NCBI GenBank assembly: GCA_022616235.1
Contig: JAKEFC010000077.1
Location: forward strand, 1 to 53,735
Length of the DNA: 53,735 nucleotides
Reading direction: 5' to 3'
From: Planctomycetota bacterium
Lineage (GTDB): Bacteria > Planctomycetota > UBA8108 > UBA1146 > JAKEFC01
Shown: one piece after another, positions 26,087-34,796 of the stretch
Position numbering within the stretch: position 1 is the stretch's first letter
How the letters are laid out: each line of letters starts with the position of its first letter
Notes under the pieces: generated by a model
Seen by the model: the letters and a program-made list of their open reading frames with translations, nothing else
What the model was told of the DNA's origin: nothing
Databases searched by the model: none
Made by a program: the position numbers and the translations under genes

Positions 26087-27730
26087 ATGGCGAAGAAGGT
26101 CACCTTCGAGAAAGAGGCGCGCGATGCCCTTGCGCAGGGGGTCGCGAAATTCGCGCGCGCGGTGAAATCGACGCTCGGCCCGCGCGGCCGGACGGCAATC
26201 GTAGACCGCGGCTTCGGATCGCCGCGCGTCACGAAGGATGGCGCTTCCGTCGCGGAAGATGTCTCCTTGCGCGATCCGATCGAGAACGTCGCCGTGCGAC
26301 TCATGCAGCAGGCGGCCAAGAAGACCGCGGACCAAGCGGGTGACGGCAGTACGACGGCGACCGTGCTTGCGGAGGCGATCTTCAGCCGCAGCATGCGCAA
26401 CGTCGCCGCCGGCGCGAATCCGCTGATCTTGCAGAGAGGACTGCATGCCGCGACGCAGCGCGCGATCGCGGCGCTCGAGACCCTCAAGACGCCGGTGAAG
26501 GGCGACGCGCAGATCGCGGGGATCGCGGCCACCGCCGCCAACAACAACGCGCAAGTCGGGAAGATCATCGCGGATGCGATCGCGCGCGTCGGGCGTGACG
26601 GGATCATTACGATCGAAGAGGGCAAGAGCTTCGAGACCACGGTGGAAGTCGTCGAAGGGATGCAATTCGACCGCGGCTATCTATCGCAGTATTTCGTCAC
26701 GGACGAGGACAACGCGAAGGCGATCCTGAAGGATCCCTACATCCTCGTGCTCGAAGAGAAGATCTCCAACGTAAATCAGATCTTGCCGATCCTCGAGCGC
26801 GTGCTCGCCACGAAGAAAGCCCTCTTGATCATCGCCGAGGACATCGACGGGGAAGCGCTTTCCATGCTCGTCGTCAACAAGATTCGCGGCGTCCTCCCCT
26901 GCGCTGCGGCCAAGGCACCGGGGTACGGCGACCGGCGTAAGGCGATGCTCTCCGACATCGCGGCGACTACCGGCGCAACGGCGATCTTCAAGGACCTCGG
27001 GCTGGAGCCGGATTCCATCGAGCTGTCGCATCTCGGCACCGCGCAGCGAATCGAGATCACCAGCGAGCACACGATCATCGTGAAGGGCGCCGGCAAGAGG
27101 AAGGACATCGAAGAGCGGGTGCGGCAGATCCGCATGGAGCTGGAGCAGACGGAGAGCGACTACGACAAGGAGAAGCTCAAGGAGCGCCTCGCCCGCCTCG
27201 TCGGCGGCGTCGCAGAGATCCGCGTCGGCGGCGCCACGGAGACGGACGTCAAGCAACAGAAGAAGCTCTACGAGAATGCACTGAACACGACGCGCGCCTC
27301 GGTGGAGGAGGGGGTCGTGCCGGGTGGCGGAGTCGCGCTTCTGCGTTGCATCGAAGCGCTCGCCGATGTGGAGGTCGCGGACGGAGACGAACGCACGGGA
27401 GTGCAGATCCTTCGCAGCGCACTGGAAGCGCCGTTTCGCCAGCTCGCGGCGAATGCGGGTGAGGAACCGTCGCAAATCCTGCGCAAGATTCGCGCGCAGA
27501 AGAGCGATACCTACGGCTTCGATTTCGAGAAAAAGCAAGGGTGCGACATGATGAAAGCCGGGATCATCGACTCGCTGCGAGTGACGAGGACGGCACTCAA
27601 GAATGCCGCCAGCGTCGCCGGCATGCTGATTACGACAGACTGCGTGGTCACGGAGATTCCGAGCAAGAAGAAAGCGCACGATCCTCACCATCACGACGAC
27701 ATGGATATGGATGGGGACATGGACTATTAA
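26087..27730 (+). CDS. groEL: Chaperonin GroEL (paralogue 1) with a His/Asp/Met-rich C-terminal tail
   Basis: The sequence MAKKVTFEKEARDAL..., AGDGTTTATVLA and VEEGVVPGGGVALL identify GroEL. The tail KKAHDPHHHDDMDMDGDMDY replaces the usual GGM repeats. The true ATG is at 26087, inside track ORF 25880..27730. Confidence 0.95.
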   Translation: MAKKVTFEKEARDALAQGVAKFARAVKSTLGPRGRTAIVDRGFGSPRVTKDGASVAEDVSLRDPIENVAVRLMQQAAKKTADQAGDGSTTATVLAEAIFSRSMRNVAAGANPLILQRGLHAATQRAIAALETLKTPVKGDAQIAGIAATAANNNAQVGKIIADAIARVGRDGIITIEEGKSFETTVEVVEGMQFDRGYLSQYFVTDEDNAKAILKDPYILVLEEKISNVNQILPILERVLATKKALLIIAEDIDGEALSMLVVNKIRGVLPCAAAKAPGYGDRRKAMLSDIAATTGATAIFKDLGLEPDSIELSHLGTAQRIEITSEHTIIVKGAGKRKDIEERVRQIRMELEQTESDYDKEKLKERLARLVGGVAEIRVGGATETDVKQQKKLYENALNTTRASVEEGVVPGGGVALLRCIEALADVEVADGDERTGVQILRSALEAPFRQLAANAGEEPSQILRKIRAQKSDTYGFDFEKKQGCDMMKAGIIDSLRVTRTALKNAASVAGMLITTDCVVTEIPSKKKAHDPHHHDDMDMDGDMDY

Positions 27731-27757
27731 GAGCACGTTTCAGATTGAAACGTGCTC
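27731..27757 (+). other. Perfect 12-bp inverted repeat immediately after the groEL1 stop (hairpin or operator)
   Basis: GAGCACGTTTCA-GAT-TGAAACGTGCTC. No U tract follows. It has a GCAC/GTGC core like CIRCE but with different spacing. The same module occurs in repeat copy A. Confidence 0.6.
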
Positions 27758-27833
27758 TAAGAAGGCACGGGCGGCCGCCGATGGAATGGAGGCCGCTTCC
27801 GCACGGCGCGAACCGCGCACTCGGCGCGGCTTG

Positions 27834-27853
27834 GCATCGAGAAGCATCGAGAA
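27834..27853 (+). repeat. Tandem 10-nt duplication in the groEL2 leader
   Basis: GCATCGAGAA GCATCGAGAA, ending 40 nt before the groEL2 ATG. Confidence 0.7.
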
Positions 27854-27893
27854 ACGGCAAGAGCAACCAATCGAAACGGAGACGGGTAGGACG

Positions 27894-29498
27894 ATGGCGA
27901 AGCAGATCTTCTTCGACGATGCAGGGCGCAGACAGTTACTCGCCGGTGTGACGAAGCTGGCCAAGGCGGTTGCCGTGACGCTCGGTCCGTCGGGGCGCTG
28001 TGTCATGCTGGAGAAGAAGCACGGAGTCGCGACCTTCACGAAGGATGGCGTTACGGTCTCGAAGGAGGTGGAAGTCGAAAACCCCTTCGAAAACATGGGC
28101 GCCAAGCTGGTCAACGAGGTCGCCACGCGCACGAACAAGGACGTGGGAGACGGGACCACGACATCGGTGGTGCTCGCCGAAGCGATGCTCACGGAAGGAA
28201 ACCGCTTCGTGACCGCGGGAGCGAGTCCGATCGCGATCAGGAACGGAATGCTGGCGGCGGCGGATTGCGTCGTGAAGTCCCTCGCCAAGAACTCCGTGCC
28301 GGTGAGGGGCCGCAAGGATCTCGAGCACGTCGCTTACATCGCGAGCAACTGCGATCAAGCGCTCAGCACCCTCGTCGCCGATGCGCTCACCAAGGTCGGC
28401 GCGAAGGGTGTCGTCACGGTCGAAGAGAACGAGGGCATCAACACGGTCGTCGACATGGTCGACGGCATGGAGTTCGACAAGGGCTACGTGTCGCCGTACT
28501 TCATCACGAACGTGCAAGAGGGGCAAGTGCGGCTGGAGAACCCGTACCTGTTGATCACCGACCACAAGGTCTCATCGATCCGCGACATCGTGCCGCTGCT
28601 CGAGAAGGTGCTCGTTACGCGGAAACCGCTCTTGATCGTTGCCGATGAAGTCGAGGGGGAAGCGCTCGCGGGGCTCATCATCAACCACTTGCGGGGCGTG
28701 TTGCGCGCCGCCGCGATCAAGGCCCCCGCGTTCGGAGATCGAAGGAAGGCGCTGCTCGAGGACCTTGCGATCGTGACGGGAGGTCAGTTTCTCGCCAAGG
28801 ATCTCGGCTTCGAGTGGAAGAACGTGGAGCTTGGCCAACTCGGCCGCTGCGAGAAAGTCGAGATCACCAAGGAACGCACGGTGTTCTTCAAGGGCGCAGG
28901 GGAGAGCGAAGCGATCGCCCAGCGCAAGCGCCAGATCGAGGCGCAGATCGCGCAGTCGACTTCCACTTACGACAAGGAGAAGATCGAGGAGCGCCTCGGC
29001 AAGCTGGAGGGGAACATCGCCGTGATCAAGGTCGGAGGATTCTCCGAGGTCGAGATCAAGGAGCGCAAAGCCCGCGTGGAGGATGCCGTGAACGCCACCC
29101 GTGCCGCAATGGAAGAAGGATTCACGGCGGGCGCGGGCACCGCGTACCTGCGCGCGATCCCTGACGTGCTCTCGCTCTCCGTCGCAGGAGATGAGCGATT
29201 CGGAGCAGAGGTCGTGGCGCGCGCGCTCAGGAAGCCTCTCGCGCAGCTCGCGAACAACGTCGGGGTCGACGGCCCCGCGGTCGTCGCGGAGGTCGAGGAG
29301 AGGAACGGGCACGTCGGCTTCGACGCCGTCAAGAACGAATACGTCGATCTCGTGTCGGCGGGGATCGTCGACCCGGTGAAAGTGCTGCGCTCCGCACTCT
29401 TGAATGCCGTCAGCATCGCCTCCCTCAATCTCACGAGCGATGCGCTGATCGCGGACATTCCGGAGGGGAAAGAGGCCGTTGCCGGCGCCAGTACCTAA
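27894..29498 (+). CDS. groEL: Chaperonin GroEL (paralogue 2) without a GGM tail
   Basis: The sequence MAKQIFFDDAGRRQLLAGV..., VGDGTTTSVVLA and MEEGFTAGAGTAYL identify GroEL. The protein ends ...EGKEAVAGAST. Confidence 0.95.
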   Translation: MAKQIFFDDAGRRQLLAGVTKLAKAVAVTLGPSGRCVMLEKKHGVATFTKDGVTVSKEVEVENPFENMGAKLVNEVATRTNKDVGDGTTTSVVLAEAMLTEGNRFVTAGASPIAIRNGMLAAADCVVKSLAKNSVPVRGRKDLEHVAYIASNCDQALSTLVADALTKVGAKGVVTVEENEGINTVVDMVDGMEFDKGYVSPYFITNVQEGQVRLENPYLLITDHKVSSIRDIVPLLEKVLVTRKPLLIVADEVEGEALAGLIINHLRGVLRAAAIKAPAFGDRRKALLEDLAIVTGGQFLAKDLGFEWKNVELGQLGRCEKVEITKERTVFFKGAGESEAIAQRKRQIEAQIAQSTSTYDKEKIEERLGKLEGNIAVIKVGGFSEVEIKERKARVEDAVNATRAAMEEGFTAGAGTAYLRAIPDVLSLSVAGDERFGAEVVARALRKPLAQLANNVGVDGPAVVAEVEERNGHVGFDAVKNEYVDLVSAGIVDPVKVLRSALLNAVSIASLNLTSDALIADIPEGKEAVAGAST

Positions 29499-29597
29499 GA
29501 GCCTATCGAAATACCATCTCCTTAGGCCCGAAGTCGAGCGAGAGGCGCGCGCGCAAGGAGAGCCGAAGAGTCGTATTGATGGAAAAGTGCGGCGATG
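29499..29597 (+). repeat. Copy C of the intergenic repeat family, starting at the nucleotide after the groEL2 stop
   Basis: It opens with GAGCCTATC. It shares a 38-nt perfect identity with the reverse complement of copy B (GTCGAGCGAGAGGCGCGCGCGCAAGGAGAGCCGAAGAG). The tip hairpin CGTATT-GATGGAAA-AGTGCG keeps pairing only as G-U wobbles on this strand. Confidence 0.75.
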
Positions 29598-29758
29598 GAC
29601 GTGGTGTGCGACGCAAGTATCGGTGGATGCGACCGAGGTGCACCAAGCGGCGGCTGAAGGGCGTATTGGACCGGTTCCTGGCAAGTGTACGTTTCGGAGT
29701 GAAGCCGTGGCCGTGGCAGGCGGCGCTCGAAGCGCGCTCTGAGAGCTGAACCAAGGGA

Positions 29759-30883
29759 ATGGCAAAGGACTACTACCAAATCCTCGGCGTAAGCCGCGAA
29801 GCCTCGGAGGAAGAGATCAAGAAGGCCTACAAGAAGCTGGCCCTCAAGTATCACCCCGATAAGAATCCGAACGACAAGCAGGCGGAACAGCGATTCAAGG
29901 AAGCGGCAGAGGCATACGACGTCCTGCACGACTCCGAGAAACGCGCGCGCTACGACCGTTATGGACACGATGGCCTGCGCGGCATGGAGGGCGGCGGCTT
30001 CAGCAACGTCGAAGACATATTCAGCGTCTTTGGCGACATCTTCGGAGGCGGAGGCGGCTCGATCTTCGATGAGATCCTCGGCCGAGGCGCGGGGCGCGGC
30101 GCGCGCCACGCCCAAGGCGAGGATCTCGGCGTGGAACTCGCGCTGACCTTCGAGGAGGCTGCAGATGGCGTCGCCCGGCGAATCTCGCTCGAGCGGCTCG
30201 TCACCTGCGAGACCTGCCGCGGGAGCGGCGCGAAGCCCGGCAAGGAGCCGGCGACGTGCCCGCTCTGCCGAGGTCACGGGCAGGTGCAGCGCGCGCAAGG
30301 ATTCTTCTCGATTCGCACGACGTGCCCGCGGTGCCGGGGACAGGGGCGCATCGTAGAGGATCCCTGCGGCAAGTGCTCCGGCGAGGGGCGCGTGCGGAAC
30401 CGCGAAGAGATCGAAGTGCAAGTACCCGCCGGCGTGAGCGAAGGCGCCCGCCTTCGGCTCGGCGGTCGCGGCAGCGCGGGTCCGAACGGCGGACCCGCCG
30501 GAGACCTCTACGTTCTCGTGCGGCTGAAGCCGCACGCATTCTTCCAGCGCATCGACAACGACGTTCTCTGCGAGGTGCCGATCTCGTACAGCCAGGCCGT
30601 CTTGGGAGCCAAGATCGACGTGCCCACGCTCAAGGGCAAGGCGGTCGTCACCGTGCCGCCTGGCACGCAAGGGGGCGAGATCCTGCGCCTGCGTGGGCAG
30701 GGTTTCCCGAGCGTCGACGGCTACCGCCGTGGCGACGAGTTGATCAAGGTCGTCATCGATGTGCCGCACAAGGTTTCCGCCGAGCAGCAGGAGCTGCTAA
30801 GGCGCCTCGCGGAGCTGGAGGAAAAGCAGGTAGGATCGTCGCGGCGGAACTTTTTCGACAAGCTGAAGATGTACTTTGGATAG
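29759..30883 (+). CDS. dnaJ: Molecular chaperone DnaJ
   Basis: A J domain is present ([33 protein letters not shown]), followed by a G/F region. Four CxxCxGxG repeats are present ([32 protein letters not shown]). Confidence 0.95.
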   Translation: MAKDYYQILGVSREASEEEIKKAYKKLALKYHPDKNPNDKQAEQRFKEAAEAYDVLHDSEKRARYDRYGHDGLRGMEGGGFSNVEDIFSVFGDIFGGGGGSIFDEILGRGAGRGARHAQGEDLGVELALTFEEAADGVARRISLERLVTCETCRGSGAKPGKEPATCPLCRGHGQVQRAQGFFSIRTTCPRCRGQGRIVEDPCGKCSGEGRVRNREEIEVQVPAGVSEGARLRLGGRGSAGPNGGPAGDLYVLVRLKPHAFFQRIDNDVLCEVPISYSQAVLGAKIDVPTLKGKAVVTVPPGTQGGEILRLRGQGFPSVDGYRRGDELIKVVIDVPHKVSAEQQELLRRLAELEEKQVGSSRRNFFDKLKMYFG

Positions 30884-31628
30884 CAAACAGGATCGCGAAC
30901 CACCTCCGGATCCGAAGCCGGAAGAAAGAGTAAGGCCCGCGTCCGAGGCGGCGGCGGAGCAGCCGGCTCTGGCGCCCGAAGCCGCAGGCGACGAGAACGG
31001 CCGCCCCGCTCTGGGCAGCGGCCCCGCTGCGGATAGGGGTGCCGCACGCCTCGAAATGGAGGCGCGCATCGCGGCGCTCGAGGAGGAGCGCAGTTTCTAC
31101 GTGGAGCAGTTGCAGCGAGCGCGCGCCGACTTCGACAATTTCCGTAAGCGTACGAACAGCGAGCGAGCGCGGGAGCAGCGGCGCACGCGCGTCGAGATTC
31201 TCCGCGCGCTGCTCCCGATCTACGACGGTCTCCAGCAGGCGCTGCAGTCGCGAGATGCGGCGCCGGAGAGCGCGATCCTCGGCGCCGGTGCCACGCCCGC
31301 GGCGGAAGCGCCGCTTCGCGAGGGGGTGCGCATGTTGGCCGAGAAGTTCGGGCGCGTACTCGAGCTGTATTCCATCGATGCGATCGGCGAGGTGGGGGAG
31401 CCATTCGACCCGTCCTGGCATGAAGCTGTGATCCAGGAAGAGTCGAGCACCGTGCCGGAGGGCCACGTTCTTGCGGTGCTCGAGACCGGCTATCGGTGCG
31501 GCGAAGACCTGCTCCGTCCGGCACGCGTCAAGGTTGCGAAGGCCCCGGGCGCAGGGGGCGCGGGACACCCCAACGGCCTAGCAGGTCCCGCGACCGAAGA
31601 TGTCTCCGGGGCCGATGGAAGAAAGTGA
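30876..31628 (+). CDS. grpE: Nucleotide exchange factor GrpE
   Basis: Motifs [33 protein letters not shown] and [16 protein letters not shown] are present. The gene overlaps the dnaJ stop by 8 nt. Confidence 0.9.
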   Translation: MDSKQDREPPPDPKPEERVRPASEAAAEQPALAPEAAGDENGRPALGSGPAADRGAARLEMEARIAALEEERSFYVEQLQRARADFDNFRKRTNSERAREQRRTRVEILRALLPIYDGLQQALQSRDAAPESAILGAGATPAAEAPLREGVRMLAEKFGRVLELYSIDAIGEVGEPFDPSWHEAVIQEESSTVPEGHVLAVLETGYRCGEDLLRPARVKVAKAPGAGGAGHPNGLAGPATEDVSGADGRK

Positions 31629-31639
31629 CCGAGAGCGCG

Positions 31640-32017
31640 ATGCCGACCTACGAATACGTTTGTCGCTCCTGTAAGCATGAGTTCGAGATCTTTCAGCCGA
31701 TTAACAGCGCGCCGAAGCGCACCTGTCCGAAGTGCCGCAGATCCACCGCCAAGCGCAAGATCGGGAGCGGTGCCGGCATCATCTTTCGCGGCAGCGGCTT
31801 CTACGAGACCGACTATCGGAGCGACGACTACCGGAAGCGGGCGAAGGCTGAGCAGGAATCGCAATCGAAGTCGAGCGAGACCGCGGCGAAGGACGGGACA
31901 AAGGATTCGAGTGGAGACAAGGGCGCGGAGAAGTCACGCGAGAGCGACGGCACCTCGCCCGCCGCCACCCCCGCGCGCACGAAGCCTCAGAAGAAGCGCG
32001 CGAAGAAAGCGGATTAG
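31640..32017 (+). CDS. FmdB-family zinc-ribbon protein with a Lys/Ser-rich tail
   Basis: The sequence MPTYEYVCRSCKHEFEIFQPINSAPKRTCPKCRR... followed by GSGFY matches the CxxC-CxxC FmdB signature. Confidence 0.8.
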   Translation: MPTYEYVCRSCKHEFEIFQPINSAPKRTCPKCRRSTAKRKIGSGAGIIFRGSGFYETDYRSDDYRKRAKAEQESQSKSSETAAKDGTKDSSGDKGAEKSRESDGTSPAATPARTKPQKKRAKKAD

Positions 32018-32023
32018 CACCAG

Positions 32024-32047
32024 ATCCAGCGTAACGCGCTGGATTTT
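32024..32047 (+). terminator. Intrinsic-terminator-like hairpin after the FmdB-like gene
   Basis: ATCCAGCG-TAACG-CGCTGGAT followed by TTT. Confidence 0.5.
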
Positions 32048-32111
32048 GGGCTCGAAACAGCGGCAGGAGTTCTCGGCGATCGGGGTCGGCGGCCGCGGAA
32101 AGGACCGCGGG

Positions 32112-32378
32112 ATGCATTACTTGTGCGCGCGATGCAGGGATCCGCGGCGCGTCCTCTCCCCGGACTCCCAGTACTTCCCGTTTTGTTCCCGGGAGTGCCG
32201 CGAAAGGGATCTCTCTTCTTGGATCCGCGAGGAGTACCGCGTCCCCGCGCGAAGCGCGGATGCCGGCGATGCCGCTGCCACAGAGGAGGCCGCAGCGGAG
32301 GTAGCAGAGGATGCGCCGCCGGATGATTCGCGCCGCGGCGGCGAGGGGACTTTGCGAAAGCCCCCTGAGAGAAACTAG
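32112..32378 (+). CDS. yacG: YacG-like zinc finger protein (DNA gyrase inhibitor family)
   Basis: CARC...YFPFCSRECRERDLSSWIREEYRVP parallels the E. coli YacG motif [24 protein letters not shown]. It has an acidic tail. The start is an internal ATG of track ORF 31677..32378. Confidence 0.75.
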   Translation: MHYLCARCRDPRRVLSPDSQYFPFCSRECRERDLSSWIREEYRVPARSADAGDAAATEEAAAEVAEDAPPDDSRRGGEGTLRKPPERN

Positions 32379-32413
32379 ACCCACAACAAGCGAGAACCTC
32401 GCTTGTTTTGAAC

Positions 32414-33028
32414 CTAGTGCTTGCCCGTGCTGTCGATCAAGCCTTCCGGCAGCATCGATTCCGGCAGTTTGTCGACCGACACAAATTCGACGTGCTTGTC
32501 GGAGTAAAGGACGTTGACGCCCTTCTTGTGATTCTCGCGCTTCGCGCCCTTGCCTGCAATGGAGTCGTCGGATGCGAGCGCGACGTCGGAGCCGGCCGTG
32601 TTCTTGATCTTCGTCGCCGTGTAGGCGTAGCTGACGTTGCTCTCCGTGAGGATCGCCGCTGCGCCCGGCTGGGCCTCGGCGGCTTCATCCGACGACGACG
32701 GGCAAATGAAGATGTCCGCGTCCAAGGCATCGTCGAAATCGAGGTACACTTGGAAGGACTTGAACGCCGGCGGATTCTCCGACTTTGCGAACGGATACCA
32801 TCCTTTGTTGTCTTGGGCGTACAACTCCGCGATCTTGCCGAGGCTCGTGAGATTGCTCACGCACGCGGTGCGCTGCGCCTTCGCCCATGCGCCGCTGACC
32901 GCCGGCAACAGGAGCGAAGCGAGCAAACCGATGATGCCGATCACGACCAGCAATTCGACGAGAGTGAACCCCGCCCGCGACGTGGAGAAGGCACGGCGGG
33001 GAGTTGGGTGAAGGTCTCGAATCGACAT
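32414..33028 (-). CDS. Prepilin-type N-terminal cleavage/methylation domain protein (DUF1559-like)
   Basis: RAGFTLVELLVVIGIIGLLASLLLPA is a class III signal peptide. The C-terminal NVLYSDKHVEFV is typical of DUF1559 proteins. The start is ATG 33028, with an AAAGGA SD. Confidence 0.85.
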   Translation of the reverse strand: MSIRDLHPTPRRAFSTSRAGFTLVELLVVIGIIGLLASLLLPAVSGAWAKAQRTACVSNLTSLGKIAELYAQDNKGWYPFAKSENPPAFKSFQVYLDFDDALDADIFICPSSSDEAAEAQPGAAAILTESNVSYAYTATKIKNTAGSDVALASDDSIAGKGAKRENHKKGVNVLYSDKHVEFVSVDKLPESMLPEGLIDSTGKH

Positions 33029-33528
33029 CGTGAGTCCTTTCGCTTGGACAGCGAGGTCCGGCCGCACACATCGCTGCAGCGTACACGGAATGGCGTGCGC
33101 GAAGTCCGAAGGGATATGGTTCGCTGCGGCTGCTCGCTGGCACGCGAGCGTCACGCCTGCACTGCTGTTGACACCTGCTAGGGCTTGCTTCGACGGCCCG
33201 CACGCCGCGCCAGCGGTCGCACGGGACCTTCCGGGGCACCCCAGGCGGCGCCTTCGCGCCGCGCGGACTTTACCCCGATCCCTTCCCGAAAAGCCATGGT
33301 AGCAGCCCTCTAGGCGCTTGCCCATCCCTATCTCTAGGCCGAGTACGAGCGCGCTCATGGGAAGTGCGCGCCGGCTCTCGGGCTGGTGGTGACGAGGTGG
33401 TGCCGCGCTTTCGAGGACCTGGCGAGCGTTCTTTGCCATGGCCGGAGCGCCAGGCTCTCCGCTCGCGGGCCGCGACGCTTTGCCGCGGGGATACGGGCCG
33501 CCGCAGGTTTCGTTCACCGTTCACAGGA

Positions 33529-33558
33529 TTGACACTTCTTCCGCGAGTTCCCTATAAT
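33529..33558 (+). promoter_or_regulatory. Consensus sigma70 promoter
   Basis: TTGACA (33529-33534), an 18-nt spacer, then TATAAT (33553-33558). It lies in a locally AT-richer patch of a GC-rich genome. Confidence 0.65.
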
Positions 33559-33569
33559 TTTTGCCCTTG

Positions 33570-33690
33570 GAGCCTGTCGCGATCACGTCGCCGTTGGCCA
33601 TCACCTGGAGTACCCATCACCTGGAGTACTCAGACTCGAGCGAGAAGCACGCGCCACTCCAGATCGAGCAAGCAAGACCGGCTGCGATGA
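33570..33690 (+). repeat. Copy D of the intergenic repeat family, starting about 10 nt after the consensus -10 box
   Basis: GGAGCCTGTCGCGATCACGTCGCCGTTGGCCATCACCTGGAGT aligns without gaps to the reverse complement of copy B (GGAGCCTATCCCAACAACATCGCCGTCGGCCATCACCTGGAGT) at 36/43. TCGAGCGAGAAGCACGCGC and GCGATGA then match the family core and end. It lacks the tip hairpin. Confidence 0.65.
33598..33629 (+). repeat. Perfect tandem duplication of 16 nt inside copy D
   Basis: CCATCACCTGGAGTAC x2. Copy B carries this module once. Confidence 0.9.
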
Positions 33691-33772
33691 CGCCGCCGGT
33701 CGCGTCGTTTTGCGAGCGCCGAATTGCGAGCGATTCACCCGGTGGCGAGGCGATCCTCGCTATGCAGTCGCC

Positions 33773-33806
33773 ATTGAGGCGGATTGAGGCGGATTGAAGC
33801 GATTGG
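33773..33806 (+). repeat. Short tandem repeat (about 10-nt unit, about 3 copies)
   Basis: ATTGAGGCGG ATTGAGGCGG ATTGAAGCG ATTGG. Confidence 0.85.
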
Positions 33807-33984
33807 CGGGCGCGGTTCGCGGGCGAACCGAGCGCACGGGGCGGCCTCCTCCACGCCGCACAGCCAGAGTGAGCATTCGGAGCACAGCACGACCTGCAAC
33901 GAGATCTCGCCGCGCTTGCTTCCCGGCCGCGGCAGTGAGCGGCACGTGATCGCACTTGACGGAAAGCACGAAAGGAATGGAGCA

Positions 33985-34701
33985 ATGATCGACTCGCGAC
34001 GAGTCTTCTCTGGCAACAAGAACGGGGCGCGTGCACTCTCCATTGCGGCCGCGCTCGGCGGATTGCTTCTCTCTGCGGGTCTCGGCTCGTATTCCGCGGA
34101 CGAAGTCTCCATCGAGCGGCTCGATTTCGTCGTCGGGCGTCCGCGCACGATCACGGTTTACCCCGGCGTCGGCTCGGGCGAAGTGCAGGGAGAAGTGCCC
34201 AAGGCCGGCAAGGTATATTGGTACCTGACCTACACGCTGACCAACGCGAGCGATCGCGACGCGAAGTTCTTCGTTACGGTGAGTGCGAAGTCCGACGACG
34301 AGATCCAGTACAGCGATCTCGCACTGGCGGAAGTGGAATCGAAGATCGAGCAGCTCGAGCGCCGTAAGCTCCATTCCAAAGCGGATCTGCTGGCGGCGGA
34401 CCAGCCGCCGAATTCCTACGAGGCGTACGCAAAGGCAGAGAGCAAGGAGTGCGTCGCGATCTTCAACACGCTCGACCCGGAGGCGCATCGAATCGCGGTG
34501 CGAGTGTACGGGCTCGTCAATGACCTCGTGCAGGAGTCGCTTGGCGACCGCAAGTACCGCATCACCGAGCGAGTCCTCGAGTTGGTCTTCGAGCGCCCGG
34601 GTGACGAGTTCTACACCTCCCTGGACAAATTCAAGTTCGGCGGCCAGAAGTGGGTAACGGTGATGCGCGAGATCACGCTGCCGCCGCCCAACGAGAAGTA
34701 G
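33985..34701 (+). CDS. Secreted hypothetical protein (238 aa)
   Basis: A GGAG-type SD precedes the ATG. The signal peptide is ALSIAAALGGLLLSAGLGSYSA, followed by beta-rich and then helical segments. I recognised no family. Confidence 0.7.
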   Translation: MIDSRRVFSGNKNGARALSIAAALGGLLLSAGLGSYSADEVSIERLDFVVGRPRTITVYPGVGSGEVQGEVPKAGKVYWYLTYTLTNASDRDAKFFVTVSAKSDDEIQYSDLALAEVESKIEQLERRKLHSKADLLAADQPPNSYEAYAKAESKECVAIFNTLDPEAHRIAVRVYGLVNDLVQESLGDRKYRITERVLELVFERPGDEFYTSLDKFKFGGQKWVTVMREITLPPPNEK

Positions 34702-34796
34702 CTCGCTGCCCGGTGTAGCGCAGAGACCGAGCGTCGCGCGGCGAGCCAGGCGACCGGTGGAAACCGTCGCGGGAGCGTGCTCTTCAGCAGGGAGCA

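Noticed and set aside
27731-27757. Calling the groEL1-groEL2 palindrome a canonical CIRCE/HrcA operator.
   Set aside because: Only the GCAC/GTGC core matches. The half-site spacing (15 nt versus 13 nt between cores) and the flanks differ from TTAGCACTC-N9-GAGTGCTAA. It is kept only as 'CIRCE-like, function unknown'.
27831-27850. A sigma54-type promoter (TGGCAT...AGCA) upstream of groEL2.
   Set aside because: The GG-to-GC spacing is 11 nt instead of 12, and the -12 TTGC is not matched. The similarity is better explained by the 10-nt tandem duplication GCATCGAGAA x2.
33561-33797. A 78-aa ORF (TTG start) right after the consensus promoter, which would make the repeat copy D region coding.
   Set aside because: It has no SD. 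The 16-nt tandem duplication is not a multiple of 3, so it is not a coding repeat. The same sequence modules occur in non-coding contexts and in both orientations elsewhere. The composition is not protein-like.
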